Below, one piece after another: positions 55,802-64,000 of a DNA stretch of 64,000 bases (position 1 is its first letter; the number at the start of each line of letters is the position of its first letter). The translations under genes were made by a program, and so were the position numbers. The notes beneath the pieces were generated by a model. It worked only from the letters and a program-made list of their open reading frames with translations. It was not told where the DNA came from and did not search any database. The DNA comes from Patescibacteria group bacterium. GTDB lineage: Bacteria > Patescibacteriota > UBA1384 > XYA2-FULL-43-10 > 1-14-0-10-43-13. The stretch spans positions 393,708 through 457,707 of the forward strand of contig JBAYHC010000001.1 of the NCBI GenBank assembly GCA_041666325.1, written 5' to 3'.

Positions 55802-57283
55802 TTATTTGTCTTTTTGGTCCAGGGGCCGCATCAAGGGGAAAATCTGACATTCTCGAGCAGAGCGGTTGGACAAAAAGGCAAACAATCTCTCAGAGACACC
55901 AAATCCTGTCGTTGGTGGCATTCCATACTCGAGTGCCTCAACAAAATCCGTATCATTCATTTGTGCTTCTTCATCTCCGGCTTCACGTAATCTTGCTTGC
56001 TCTTCAAAACGCTGTCGCTGGTCGATCGGATCATTCAACTCAGAGTATCCTTTCCCCATCTCACTGCCACCGAGAATCACCTGAAATTGTTCAACCTTCC
56101 GAGGGTCATCAGACTTACGCTTTGCGAGTGGGCAGACTTCGACTGGATGGTTAATCAGAAAAACCGGTCCCCCAATCCCCTTGCGGATCTTTTTCCAGAG
56201 AGTATCGATCAACCGCCCGCGGCCATCTGCTTCATCAAAATGTAAATTTAAACTAGACAGCTTTTCTCGCAGCTCGTCCTCTGAAGCCTCCAGCACATCG
56301 ATTCCAATCTTATCCTTGATTGTATCAACATAATCTATCTCGCCCCATTGGCCCGATAGATCGACTTCGAATTCGCCAATTTGAAACTTAAGAGTACCAA
56401 AAGTCTTCTCCGCCACGTGCTTATACATCTCTTCAACTAAAACCATAGAATCCTTGTAGTCAGCATACGCCCAGTAATACTCCATCTGGGAGTAATCTTG
56501 AAGATGTTCTCGGCTCATACCTTCATTGCGAAACTGCCGGCCAATCTCAAAGGTTTTTTCGAACCCACCGACCATTAATCGTTTTTGCCACAGCTCACCC
56601 ATAGAAATACGGAGATATACGTCAATATCGAGAGCGTTGTGATGTGTAATAAACGGGTTGGCATCAGCACCACCAGCAGTTGTCTCGAGAACAGGAGTCT
56701 CAACCTCCAAAAAACCTTTTTGTTTTAAGAAATCACGCATTGAAGACCAAAATCGTTCCTTCTTGTAGAAAAGCTCTCGCAATGATGGATTAATAACCAG
56801 ATCAAGGTAGCGTTTGCGCAGTCTCGTCTCTTCGTCCTGCAGCCCTGCCCTCTTCTCTGGTAATGGCCGAAGCGACTTGGAGAGGATCTTAATCTTGGTC
56901 GCTTCTATCGAGGTTTCACCCGCCTGAGTCACAAAAACTTTACCCACCACCTCAGCAAAATCTCCAATATCCAATAGAGGCACTATCTCCATCTGGTCCG
57001 CCAAAATATCAGACTTAAACATGGCCTGAATCTTACCCGTTTCATCAACAATATCGCAAAAGACAAGCTTGCCGTGCCCACGAATAGCCATGATTCTTCC
57101 AGCAACAACAACCTCTTTGCCCGCATCGATCAACTTGGATTGATTGTCCAAAACCTCCGAGGCAGAGTGGTCTCTGGCTGATTTCGATGGGTATGTATTT
57201 ATACCCATCTCTTGCAATCGCTTCATCTTCTCTGTCCGATTGGCAATTAGCTCTTTTTCAGTTTTTCCAACTGTTGTATCCAT
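55802..57283 (-). CDS. lysS: Lysine--tRNA ligase (class II)
   Basis: GRIMAIRGHGK, LRPLPEK, RYLDL, GRQFRNEG, YSELNDP, ALEYGMPP. Confidence 0.97.
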   Translation of the reverse strand: MDTTVGKTEKELIANRTEKMKRLQEMGINTYPSKSARDHSASEVLDNQSKLIDAGKEVVVAGRIMAIRGHGKLVFCDIVDETGKIQAMFKSDILADQMEIVPLLDIGDFAEVVGKVFVTQAGETSIEATKIKILSKSLRPLPEKRAGLQDEETRLRKRYLDLVINPSLRELFYKKERFWSSMRDFLKQKGFLEVETPVLETTAGGADANPFITHHNALDIDVYLRISMGELWQKRLMVGGFEKTFEIGRQFRNEGMSREHLQDYSQMEYYWAYADYKDSMVLVEEMYKHVAEKTFGTLKFQIGEFEVDLSGQWGEIDYVDTIKDKIGIDVLEASEDELREKLSSLNLHFDEADGRGRLIDTLWKKIRKGIGGPVFLINHPVEVCPLAKRKSDDPRKVEQFQVILGGSEMGKGYSELNDPIDQRQRFEEQARLREAGDEEAQMNDTDFVEALEYGMPPTTGFGVSERLFAFLSNRSARECQIFPLMRPLDQKDK

Positions 57284-57570
57284 TAGGTCCTCTCATATGA
57301 AAATATTCAACAAGAGTATAGCAGAATTTTCGCTTTCTGTGAACCTAGAAGGAAAATGTCGCCCGGCAATGCCGCACGATACAAGATTTGAAAAATCATC
57401 ACGACAGGTATGGCCAAACCAGACGAACGTTTCGCGCCTATTTACTCACATAAATCAGGTGCGATAATGAGCCTAACCACAAAAAAACGAGAGAGGGGTC
57501 CACGTCCTAACTCAGTGTAATACTTTCTATGATTACTGATTTGATTGTGCATTAATTAAATAAGGAAAAA

Positions 57571-59175
57571 ATGTCGAGCGGATCTCCCGCTAGTAGCGCG
57601 ATGAAAACTGACGGTGCCCCCATAGTCCAAAACAGATGCAACACGTGTCTGGACGAACTTAACAGTTCTCTTTCCAAAGCCCTAACCCCCATTGGAATTC
57701 AGGCAAGCAATTCGAAACTGTTCAAAGGCGCGATTTTTGGTCGCGACTCTCTTCGTGTTGCCCTCGATCTTCTACCCTGGCATTCGTCGGTTGCACTTCT
57801 TGCCATAACCAGCTTGGGCAGGCTTCAGGGCAATAAACATGACAACGATAGCGAAGAGGAGCCTGGAAAAATTCCTCACGAATATCGTTCTCTCTTCCTC
57901 GAGGACAAGAAGATTAATCGAGACCAACAGAGAATTTTGCAGGCCCTTGGAAAGCAGTGGGGATGGAATCGAAATAAAAAAGAGGTTTGCTATTACGGCA
58001 GCATAGATGCGACACCCCAATTTATCAGACTCGTCTCAAAGTACTGTCTGTTATATGGGGACGACATTCTTGAGCAAGAAATCAAACATCAAGACGGCGA
58101 ACGAACCACCGTTCGAGAAATTGCCCTGAGGTCAGCTCGATGGCTCGCTCAAAAACTTAAACAATCTGATATTGGACTACTCGAATTCTGTCGCACAAAT
58201 CCGCGCGGCATCAAATGGCAAGTACTAAGAGATGGGTCGACTGCCTATATTCATCCCAACGGTTCTCTCGCAAACTTTCAAGCACCTATTGCATCCATAG
58301 AAGTTCAGGGACTAGCATTCGATGCCCTACTGAGTGCAGTGAATTTGTTTGAGGACAGCTACCCGAGAGAGACACGACAGTGGCAGAGGCTAGCCAAAAA
58401 ACTCCAAAGAAACACTCTCTCGCTCTTTTGGATACCAGAATCTCAGTTCTTTGCCATGGCGCTAGACCGGGATAAGAACGGGCAAGTGCGGCAAGTCAAA
58501 ACGCTCACAACCCTGCCAGGCGAACTGCTAGAAAGCAACATATTTGATAACATCCCAGTAGAAGATCGGCAACAATATGTCTCATCCATCGCTAAAAGTT
58601 GTTTCTCGGCAGAATTCCTGACCGATGTCGGCATCCGCGCTCGAGCCTTGCGCCACTTTGGGGCGCTGGATTACTGCGATTACCAAGGCTCAGCAGTATC
58701 TTGGCCAGTAATGACAAATATCTTAGCTTTAGGCTTCCGCAAGCAAGGGCTACTACTACTCGCCAACGATCTAGAAAAGAGAATGATGAACGCAGTCACA
58801 ATTTCTCATTCTCTGAGCGAGTTCTTTTATGTTACACGTGAGGGTCATGTTAATTATCACCCCAAGTGCGCTTCCACACTACCCAGATCCGATAATAATG
58901 TTATTTATGGCACTAATATCCCGGAGCACATTCAAGCATGGACCGTTTCAGCTGTACTTAGGGCCAAAATCACTTCAGAGCAATTGGCCGAACCTAACTC
59001 TGGTCAAAACTATCTCGAGCTTGAATCGGATCTCCTCTCTGAGTTCGGTACACGTTTGATCAACCCAGAAGAGGCAGAAGCGATAAGCACTGGCCAGTCA
59101 TCCTTGCACATCGATCGCGAGGAGGGTATCAGGCGCGAGGTTGCCCTCCTGGAGTACAACAAACGTTTACTTTGA
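57571..59175 (+). CDS. Amylo-alpha-1,6-glucosidase / glycogen-debranching (six-hairpin) family protein
   Basis: FGRDSL, EEPGKIPHE, YYGSIDATP, IEVQG, QAWT. Confidence 0.85.
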   Translation: MSSGSPASSAMKTDGAPIVQNRCNTCLDELNSSLSKALTPIGIQASNSKLFKGAIFGRDSLRVALDLLPWHSSVALLAITSLGRLQGNKHDNDSEEEPGKIPHEYRSLFLEDKKINRDQQRILQALGKQWGWNRNKKEVCYYGSIDATPQFIRLVSKYCLLYGDDILEQEIKHQDGERTTVREIALRSARWLAQKLKQSDIGLLEFCRTNPRGIKWQVLRDGSTAYIHPNGSLANFQAPIASIEVQGLAFDALLSAVNLFEDSYPRETRQWQRLAKKLQRNTLSLFWIPESQFFAMALDRDKNGQVRQVKTLTTLPGELLESNIFDNIPVEDRQQYVSSIAKSCFSAEFLTDVGIRARALRHFGALDYCDYQGSAVSWPVMTNILALGFRKQGLLLLANDLEKRMMNAVTISHSLSEFFYVTREGHVNYHPKCASTLPRSDNNVIYGTNIPEHIQAWTVSAVLRAKITSEQLAEPNSGQNYLELESDLLSEFGTRLINPEEAEAISTGQSSLHIDREEGIRREVALLEYNKRLL

Positions 59176-59196
59176 GACCTAAATCGAACATCGAAA

Positions 59197-60243
59197 CTAT
59201 TTATAGAGAATCTTCATCTGGCTGTCCGGAACAGACAGGCTGGGGCTGAACGAAATTGGCAGCTTGGCCGACAGGAGATTGAGGAGTGGATTTTGCTTCG
59301 GTGTTTCGTACTCTACGACCGATGGATCAGATAGATGTGCGCTCTTTTTGAGCCCTTCGAGCGCTGCATCGAAAGTGGCAATCTCGTCCACAAGGTTTTG
59401 CTCCATTGCTGCCTTGGCCGTAAATATTCTGCCATCAGAAATTGCTTTTGCCTTCGACTCGTCCAAATTTCGTTCTGCCTTCACTGCTCCGACGAGAGAG
59501 TCGAAACTGTCATTCAGTATAGCCTCGATTACACTCCTGTCCCCTAATGTCATCTCTCGCCACGGAGAGCCGGAGTCCTTGAATTCGCCGGATTTAAGAA
59601 CGATCTGTTTGTAGCCAATTTTATCAGCAACTCCAGTATAATTCGGCACCTGCATAATAACACCAATGCTACCGACGATTGAGTGTGGGTAGGCAACTAT
59701 CTTCTTCGCACCGATTACAGCATAGTACGCCCCGGAAGCAGCGATTTGATCTATGTAGGCGACTGTTTCCTTCGTCACTGAGAGGTCCTTAATTGCATCG
59801 TAAATTTGAGCGCTGGCAACAGCCTCGCCACCAGGAGAGTTTATTTTGAAGAGAACTGCCTTTACGTTTCCATCCTCTTTTGCCGCCTTGATTTGCCGCA
59901 AGATCATATCTTGATGGAGATAGCCACCGGAAGCTTGGCTCAACCCAGATTCCTCAGAGGTAATCTCTCCCTTGAACGGAATGACCGCAATTTTGTCAAA
60001 ACCGATTCCACCTGAAATAATTTTTTCGGTCGTAATATTCTGGCTCCCCTTACTAAAAGGCAGAGAAACAAGAGAGAGGAAAATGAAGAAAACCAGAATG
60101 CCAAACAACACGCCAAGACACTTCCCCAAATACCTTCTAAAGTTATTGAGAAATTCCCCGTTCCAGTTTAGTCGCGGTCGGAAAATTCTTGTAATAAAAT
60201 TTTTGTAGCCAGTGGCTACTCTGTTTAGGCCTTCTTTGCTCAT
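59197..60243 (-). CDS. sppA: Signal peptide peptidase SppA (S49)
   Basis: INSPGG, AASGAYY, GSIGV, KSGEFKD, DGRIFT. Confidence 0.92.
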   Translation of the reverse strand: MSKEGLNRVATGYKNFITRIFRPRLNWNGEFLNNFRRYLGKCLGVLFGILVFFIFLSLVSLPFSKGSQNITTEKIISGGIGFDKIAVIPFKGEITSEESGLSQASGGYLHQDMILRQIKAAKEDGNVKAVLFKINSPGGEAVASAQIYDAIKDLSVTKETVAYIDQIAASGAYYAVIGAKKIVAYPHSIVGSIGVIMQVPNYTGVADKIGYKQIVLKSGEFKDSGSPWREMTLGDRSVIEAILNDSFDSLVGAVKAERNLDESKAKAISDGRIFTAKAAMEQNLVDEIATFDAALEGLKKSAHLSDPSVVEYETPKQNPLLNLLSAKLPISFSPSLSVPDSQMKILYK

Positions 60244-60349
60244 ATCTCTCCTACTTATATAGGTGTATTAAAGCATAAATTGACTCGCCCTATCAACAAA
60301 AAAACCGGGCCATGACAGCACCGGGTTGGGAAATAAAACAAAATTGAAA

Positions 60350-61837
60350 TCACGGCACAAGCTTAACGCTCGGCCGAGAGAGAATGGCCTGGGCAGCCTC
60401 GAGTACCATTTGCTCCATCTGTAAGTGCTCGATCAGGGCCCGTCTCTCCTTGATCGCCGTTGCGATATCAGTCGAGGGTTCGCCCTGAACAATGGCCGGA
60501 TGGACGCTGAGCAAGCGAGCAATAACGCTAGCACCATCGGACGGAAACTGAATGAGAGGCGCTATTTCCGTCGGAGCAACCGCGGCGGACACAACGGCAA
60601 CGGGTGCAACTTTACCCTTCCGCTGTCTGGCAGATGCCTCAGTCGCTTTGCTATTGGGCGGCACAACCACCGAATCGGACACTGCCCACGAAACGCCTCT
60701 CTCGATCAACTTGGGCACAACCACGTCCAGACGGTAAACATGGCCGGATAGGAAATCGATACCGCCGAGCGTGATATTGCCACGCTGGAGCAAAACGTCG
60801 CTGCCCTTGCCCCGAACGTAGCCCTCAGCCTCGCTGCCCTCAAGCATGGTCTCGATAACAAGGCCGACATACGGCCTGATAGCGAAGGGATGCGTTCTGA
60901 GCAATTTTGCCAAGGCCTCAACATTAACAACACCTCTCTCCAGCCGGCTGAACCCAGCCCAAATTGCACAAACAATCGATAATTGTTTCGGGGTTGCAAT
61001 GATATTATGCGTTTTGGCCTTCTCCATCACTGTCTCCTCTCTGGCAACCGGATTGGGATCGACTGCGATGTTCTTGACTGCTGATCGCGTCGGCACCTCG
61101 CTTGTCATGGTTGCGCGCATTTGCACAAGAGCAGACGCCTGCAGTCTTGAGACGTGCATCTGACTGCTCCCGATCACTTTTGCTACCTCAGTCTGAGATA
61201 GCCCGCGCAAGAAACGCAGCTCAATGACTTTCTTGAGCCGTGGCGGCAAGCGATCAACAGCATCCCTCAATTCGTCACTTTCGACGACCGCCTGAATTGC
61301 CCTGTCTTCTTCTCCATAGCGATCTTCAAAAAAACTTCCGTCCCCATCATCCGCAGAAGAAAAATCCTGATCGATCGACAGGGGCGAAGAAGAGGCCCTA
61401 AACGTTAGCGCCTCAAGAACTTCGTTCTCGCTCACACCAAGGATATCAGCCAGCATGTCCGGGGTTGTCTCGACTCCTTCGCCGGCCATCTCATCCTCGA
61501 GTTTACTGATGCAATAAACCAACTCCCGGAGTGATCGCGGCACTTTGAGGCGTTGTTCCTTGTCACGGAAGTACCTCCTAATCTCTCCGATAATACAAGG
61601 AGTGGCATAAGTAGAAAGTTTGAGCCCACGGCGGGCATCAAAACGATCAACGGCGTTGATCAGACCAATGTTTCCAACCTGAACCAGGTCTTCAAGCGGA
61701 ACTCCCCTGCCAACAAAGCGCCTGGCAAGTTTCTCAACCAAGCCCTGATTGGCCATGATGACCTGATCTCTCAATCTGGCATCGCCCGTGCGAGAGAAGA
61801 GATCGGTTATCTCCATCTCCTCAGCTGTGGCCGGCAT
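60350..61837 (-). CDS. SigB/SigF/SigG-family sigma factor with a ~250-aa C-terminal extension
   Basis: EDLVQVGNIGLINAVDRFD, STYATPCIIGEIRRYFRD, SQTEVAKVIGSSQMHVSRL. Confidence 0.85.
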   Translation of the reverse strand: MPATAEEMEITDLFSRTGDARLRDQVIMANQGLVEKLARRFVGRGVPLEDLVQVGNIGLINAVDRFDARRGLKLSTYATPCIIGEIRRYFRDKEQRLKVPRSLRELVYCISKLEDEMAGEGVETTPDMLADILGVSENEVLEALTFRASSSPLSIDQDFSSADDGDGSFFEDRYGEEDRAIQAVVESDELRDAVDRLPPRLKKVIELRFLRGLSQTEVAKVIGSSQMHVSRLQASALVQMRATMTSEVPTRSAVKNIAVDPNPVAREETVMEKAKTHNIIATPKQLSIVCAIWAGFSRLERGVVNVEALAKLLRTHPFAIRPYVGLVIETMLEGSEAEGYVRGKGSDVLLQRGNITLGGIDFLSGHVYRLDVVVPKLIERGVSWAVSDSVVVPPNSKATEASARQRKGKVAPVAVVSAAVAPTEIAPLIQFPSDGASVIARLLSVHPAIVQGEPSTDIATAIKERRALIEHLQMEQMVLEAAQAILSRPSVKLVP

Positions 61838-62004
61838 CCATTATCACCTCCTCTCAATCGGCAACACCTTCGGGGATTATACAACTTTTTGCCACAACAA
61901 TCAAGGCTAAGCACCAAAAAAATATCCGAGCAATCATCGGCCCAGGATTGAAAAAGACCTATTTTTGTGTTATGGTACTGATGTCCGAAGAAAGAGGTAC
62001 ATCG

Positions 62005-63006
62005 ATGAACAAGCCTTGCGCATGGTTGTCGCTCACCGCCGCCTGCAACAATCGCTGCCGGTGGTGCTATGAACACAAAGTGGTGCCGAGCATACTACAC
62101 ATGCCATTGGAACGAGCAATTTCTATCATCGAGAATCTGGCAAAACTTGGTTTCGGCTCCATTACTCTTCTAGGCGGAGAGCCGCTACTCTACCCCTTCC
62201 TGCCGGAAGTCGCCCGCCGGGCCAAAGAGTTGGGCCTGGAAGTTTGTATGATTACCAATGGCCGTGCCGGTGCACAAAGGAAGTTTCTGGAGGTCATCCA
62301 AGATGTTGAGATGATCGCCTTCACCGTCTTCTCAGTGAATCCCGATGTCCACAACTCCATAGCCAAAGCCAGTGCTTGGGATGAGACAATAGCAGGAATG
62401 ACAATGGCAATTCAGGCAGGTAAAGCCTGCTGCGTCAACTTGGTTGTTGGGGAACAAAACTATGCCGATGCGAGCGAAACTTTACGTTTTTTTGACAGTT
62501 TGGGAATTGCCGTTATCGTCAGCCCCGCTCTTCCCAGAGTTTGCGGCTCCCTTGATCATATCGATGGCCAGGAAGCTCTGCACCCCCAACGCTTTGCTGA
62601 TCTTATTGGTCATTTGGCTGGAGAGTTTGGCACAGATCAAAACATTCAGTATGTATTTGAGGCCCCGCTCTGTCTGCTCGACAGAAGCACGTACGACAGC
62701 CTAGTTGAAACTAACAAAATCGCCGGCGATTGTAAGATCGGCCCAGAGCGAATAGTCATCAACGTAACGGGTCAGGTTGTGCCGTGCAACGTACTCGAGA
62801 CAGAGATTATGTTCGAAGAGTTAGGTAGCGCCGCTGAGTTCATTGATCTGTGGCAGGGGCAGGTCAAAGCAAAACGCAATCAGCTCTTGACGATGAGTCC
62901 CAAGTGCACAAGCTGTGCACTTTTGCCCAATTGCCACGGCGGCTGTCCGCTCGTCTGGCGCTATTGGAACCTAGAGAACATTATCATACCAGTTACAACT
63001 CAGTAG
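62005..63006 (+). CDS. Radical SAM protein with SPASM domain
   Basis: CNNRCRWC, GGEPLL, TNG, CKIG..G.VVPC, CTSCALLPNCHGGC; AGAGG RBS before MNKPC. Confidence 0.9.
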   Translation: MNKPCAWLSLTAACNNRCRWCYEHKVVPSILHMPLERAISIIENLAKLGFGSITLLGGEPLLYPFLPEVARRAKELGLEVCMITNGRAGAQRKFLEVIQDVEMIAFTVFSVNPDVHNSIAKASAWDETIAGMTMAIQAGKACCVNLVVGEQNYADASETLRFFDSLGIAVIVSPALPRVCGSLDHIDGQEALHPQRFADLIGHLAGEFGTDQNIQYVFEAPLCLLDRSTYDSLVETNKIAGDCKIGPERIVINVTGQVVPCNVLETEIMFEELGSAAEFIDLWQGQVKAKRNQLLTMSPKCTSCALLPNCHGGCPLVWRYWNLENIIIPVTTQ

Positions 63007-63024
63007 CTTATCTTCGCCCAGCGC

Positions 63025-63645
63025 CTAGCCGACTGGGCGTTTTTCATTCTTCTTGAGGTTTTCCTCAATTGTCTCCTCGAGCTCGTCCAGCAAGGTATCA
63101 AACATCTCGAGAAGAACCGGATTCTGAGAGACATGCGGCAGCGCATAGTCGCGCGACTCCTCCTTGGTCGCATACTCACGATGCCACTCAACTTTCTTCG
63201 AGATTGAATACTGTAAGGTGTGGCTAATCTTATCCAGACCCTTGGCAATCTTGGCCTCGATCGTCTCACCCGCTTCGTACTCCTGCCACAGCTTCATAAA
63301 CTTGCCTGCTAGGTCAGCTGGCAACAAACCGAACACTCTCTTGGCTGATACGAGCTCATTTTGCCGCTTTATTGCTTTGCCGGCAGTGTCTGGCACCCAG
63401 TCATCCTTGGTATCAATTTCAACCAGATCGTGCACAAGAATCATCCTATAAGTCCGGGGTAAGTCACACTTAATCCCTAAATCATCCTCAAGCGCCAGGA
63501 GCATTAGGGCAAGATACCAGGAGTGCTCGGCATCATTTTCTCTCCGAGCTTTGTCCGAAAGGTACGGAATGCGCTCGACTAATTTCAGCCTCTCCGCCTC
63601 CTTGAGAAAGTTGATAATTTTTGTCAGCCTTTTATCCTCTTGCAT
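63025..63645 (-). CDS. HD-domain phosphohydrolase (YfbR/HDDC2-like)
   Basis: ENDAEHSW, LVHDLVE, EAKIAKGLDK. Confidence 0.88.
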   Translation of the reverse strand: MQEDKRLTKIINFLKEAERLKLVERIPYLSDKARRENDAEHSWYLALMLLALEDDLGIKCDLPRTYRMILVHDLVEIDTKDDWVPDTAGKAIKRQNELVSAKRVFGLLPADLAGKFMKLWQEYEAGETIEAKIAKGLDKISHTLQYSISKKVEWHREYATKEESRDYALPHVSQNPVLLEMFDTLLDELEETIEENLKKNEKRPVG

Positions 63646-63862
63646 TGCACCAATTTAACACATCTCTTCGTCTCTAACCATACCTTTGGCAAGACTCCCG
63701 TTCCGAAAAACACTGAACAGGATTGCCTATTGCATTATTTTTGGTTTTATGCTATTATATAACCAGTTTGAAGCCTCTCGTCATCGTTAGTTGGATTTTT
63801 GCATAAACGGATTGAGAAACGCCAAACGGGTCGATTTATTAGAAATTTATGTTAGGAATCCT

Positions 63863-64000
63863 ATGCAAGAAGAGGCAAATAAGCTCTATATTGGCAATCT
63901 GTCATTTGCAGTTACCGATGACCAGCTTCTCGAATTGTTCAGCGCCCTTGAGGGTGTCGACGTAGTTGACGCCAAAGTCATCACCGACCGTGAATCCGGT
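63863..64000 (+). CDS. RRM RNA-binding protein (partial, runs off window)
   Basis: MQEEANKLYIGNLSF (RNP2)...AKVITDRESG. Confidence 0.88.
   Translation, partial: MQEEANKLYIGNLSFAVTDDQLLELFSALEGVDVVDAKVITDRESG

Noticed and set aside
63760-63862. Structured 5' UTR or riboswitch before the RRM gene
   Set aside because: A leader of roughly 100 nt is plausible, but no recognisable aptamer; an Rfam search would be needed.
1-64000. CRISPR array, DGR or retron
   Set aside because: No regularly spaced repeats, cas genes, reverse transcriptase or TR/VR pair noticed by eye.
1-64000. Alternative genetic code (TGA = Gly)
   Set aside because: Conserved genes are full-length under code 11 and several end naturally at TGA.

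Overview
Chromosomal window read with standard genetic code 11, most likely from a Patescibacteria/CPR-type bacterium. That assignment is inference, from many single-pass membrane-anchored surface proteins, TG-extended -10 promoters often followed by leaderless starts, short palindromic repeats and few biosynthetic genes. Housekeeping genes (lysS, tRNA-Arg(CCG), sppA, maf, Ham1, an RRM protein) sit among accessory genes. These include three ABC systems, an expanded family of degenerate M23/LytM-like anchored proteins (5 intact plus 1 pseudogene), two beta-propeller paralogs, a Cys-repeat protein pair, a 1.2-kaa LPKTG surface protein and two HEPN-like genes. Most notable: (i) an Ile/Thr-rich leader peptide with terminator and antiterminator, i.e. 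a candidate ribosome-mediated attenuator, before an amino-acid racemase; (ii) an orphan ParB-like gene followed by two divergent HhH-GPD/Fe-S glycosylases; (iii) tiny palindromic elements that nest in each other and insert in-frame into genes; (iv) a HEPN + 2-TM cassette at a tRNA 3' end; (v) duplicated promoters driving leaderless starts. No integrase, transposase, rRNA or CRISPR array was seen. All product calls come from reading motifs by eye, without database searches.
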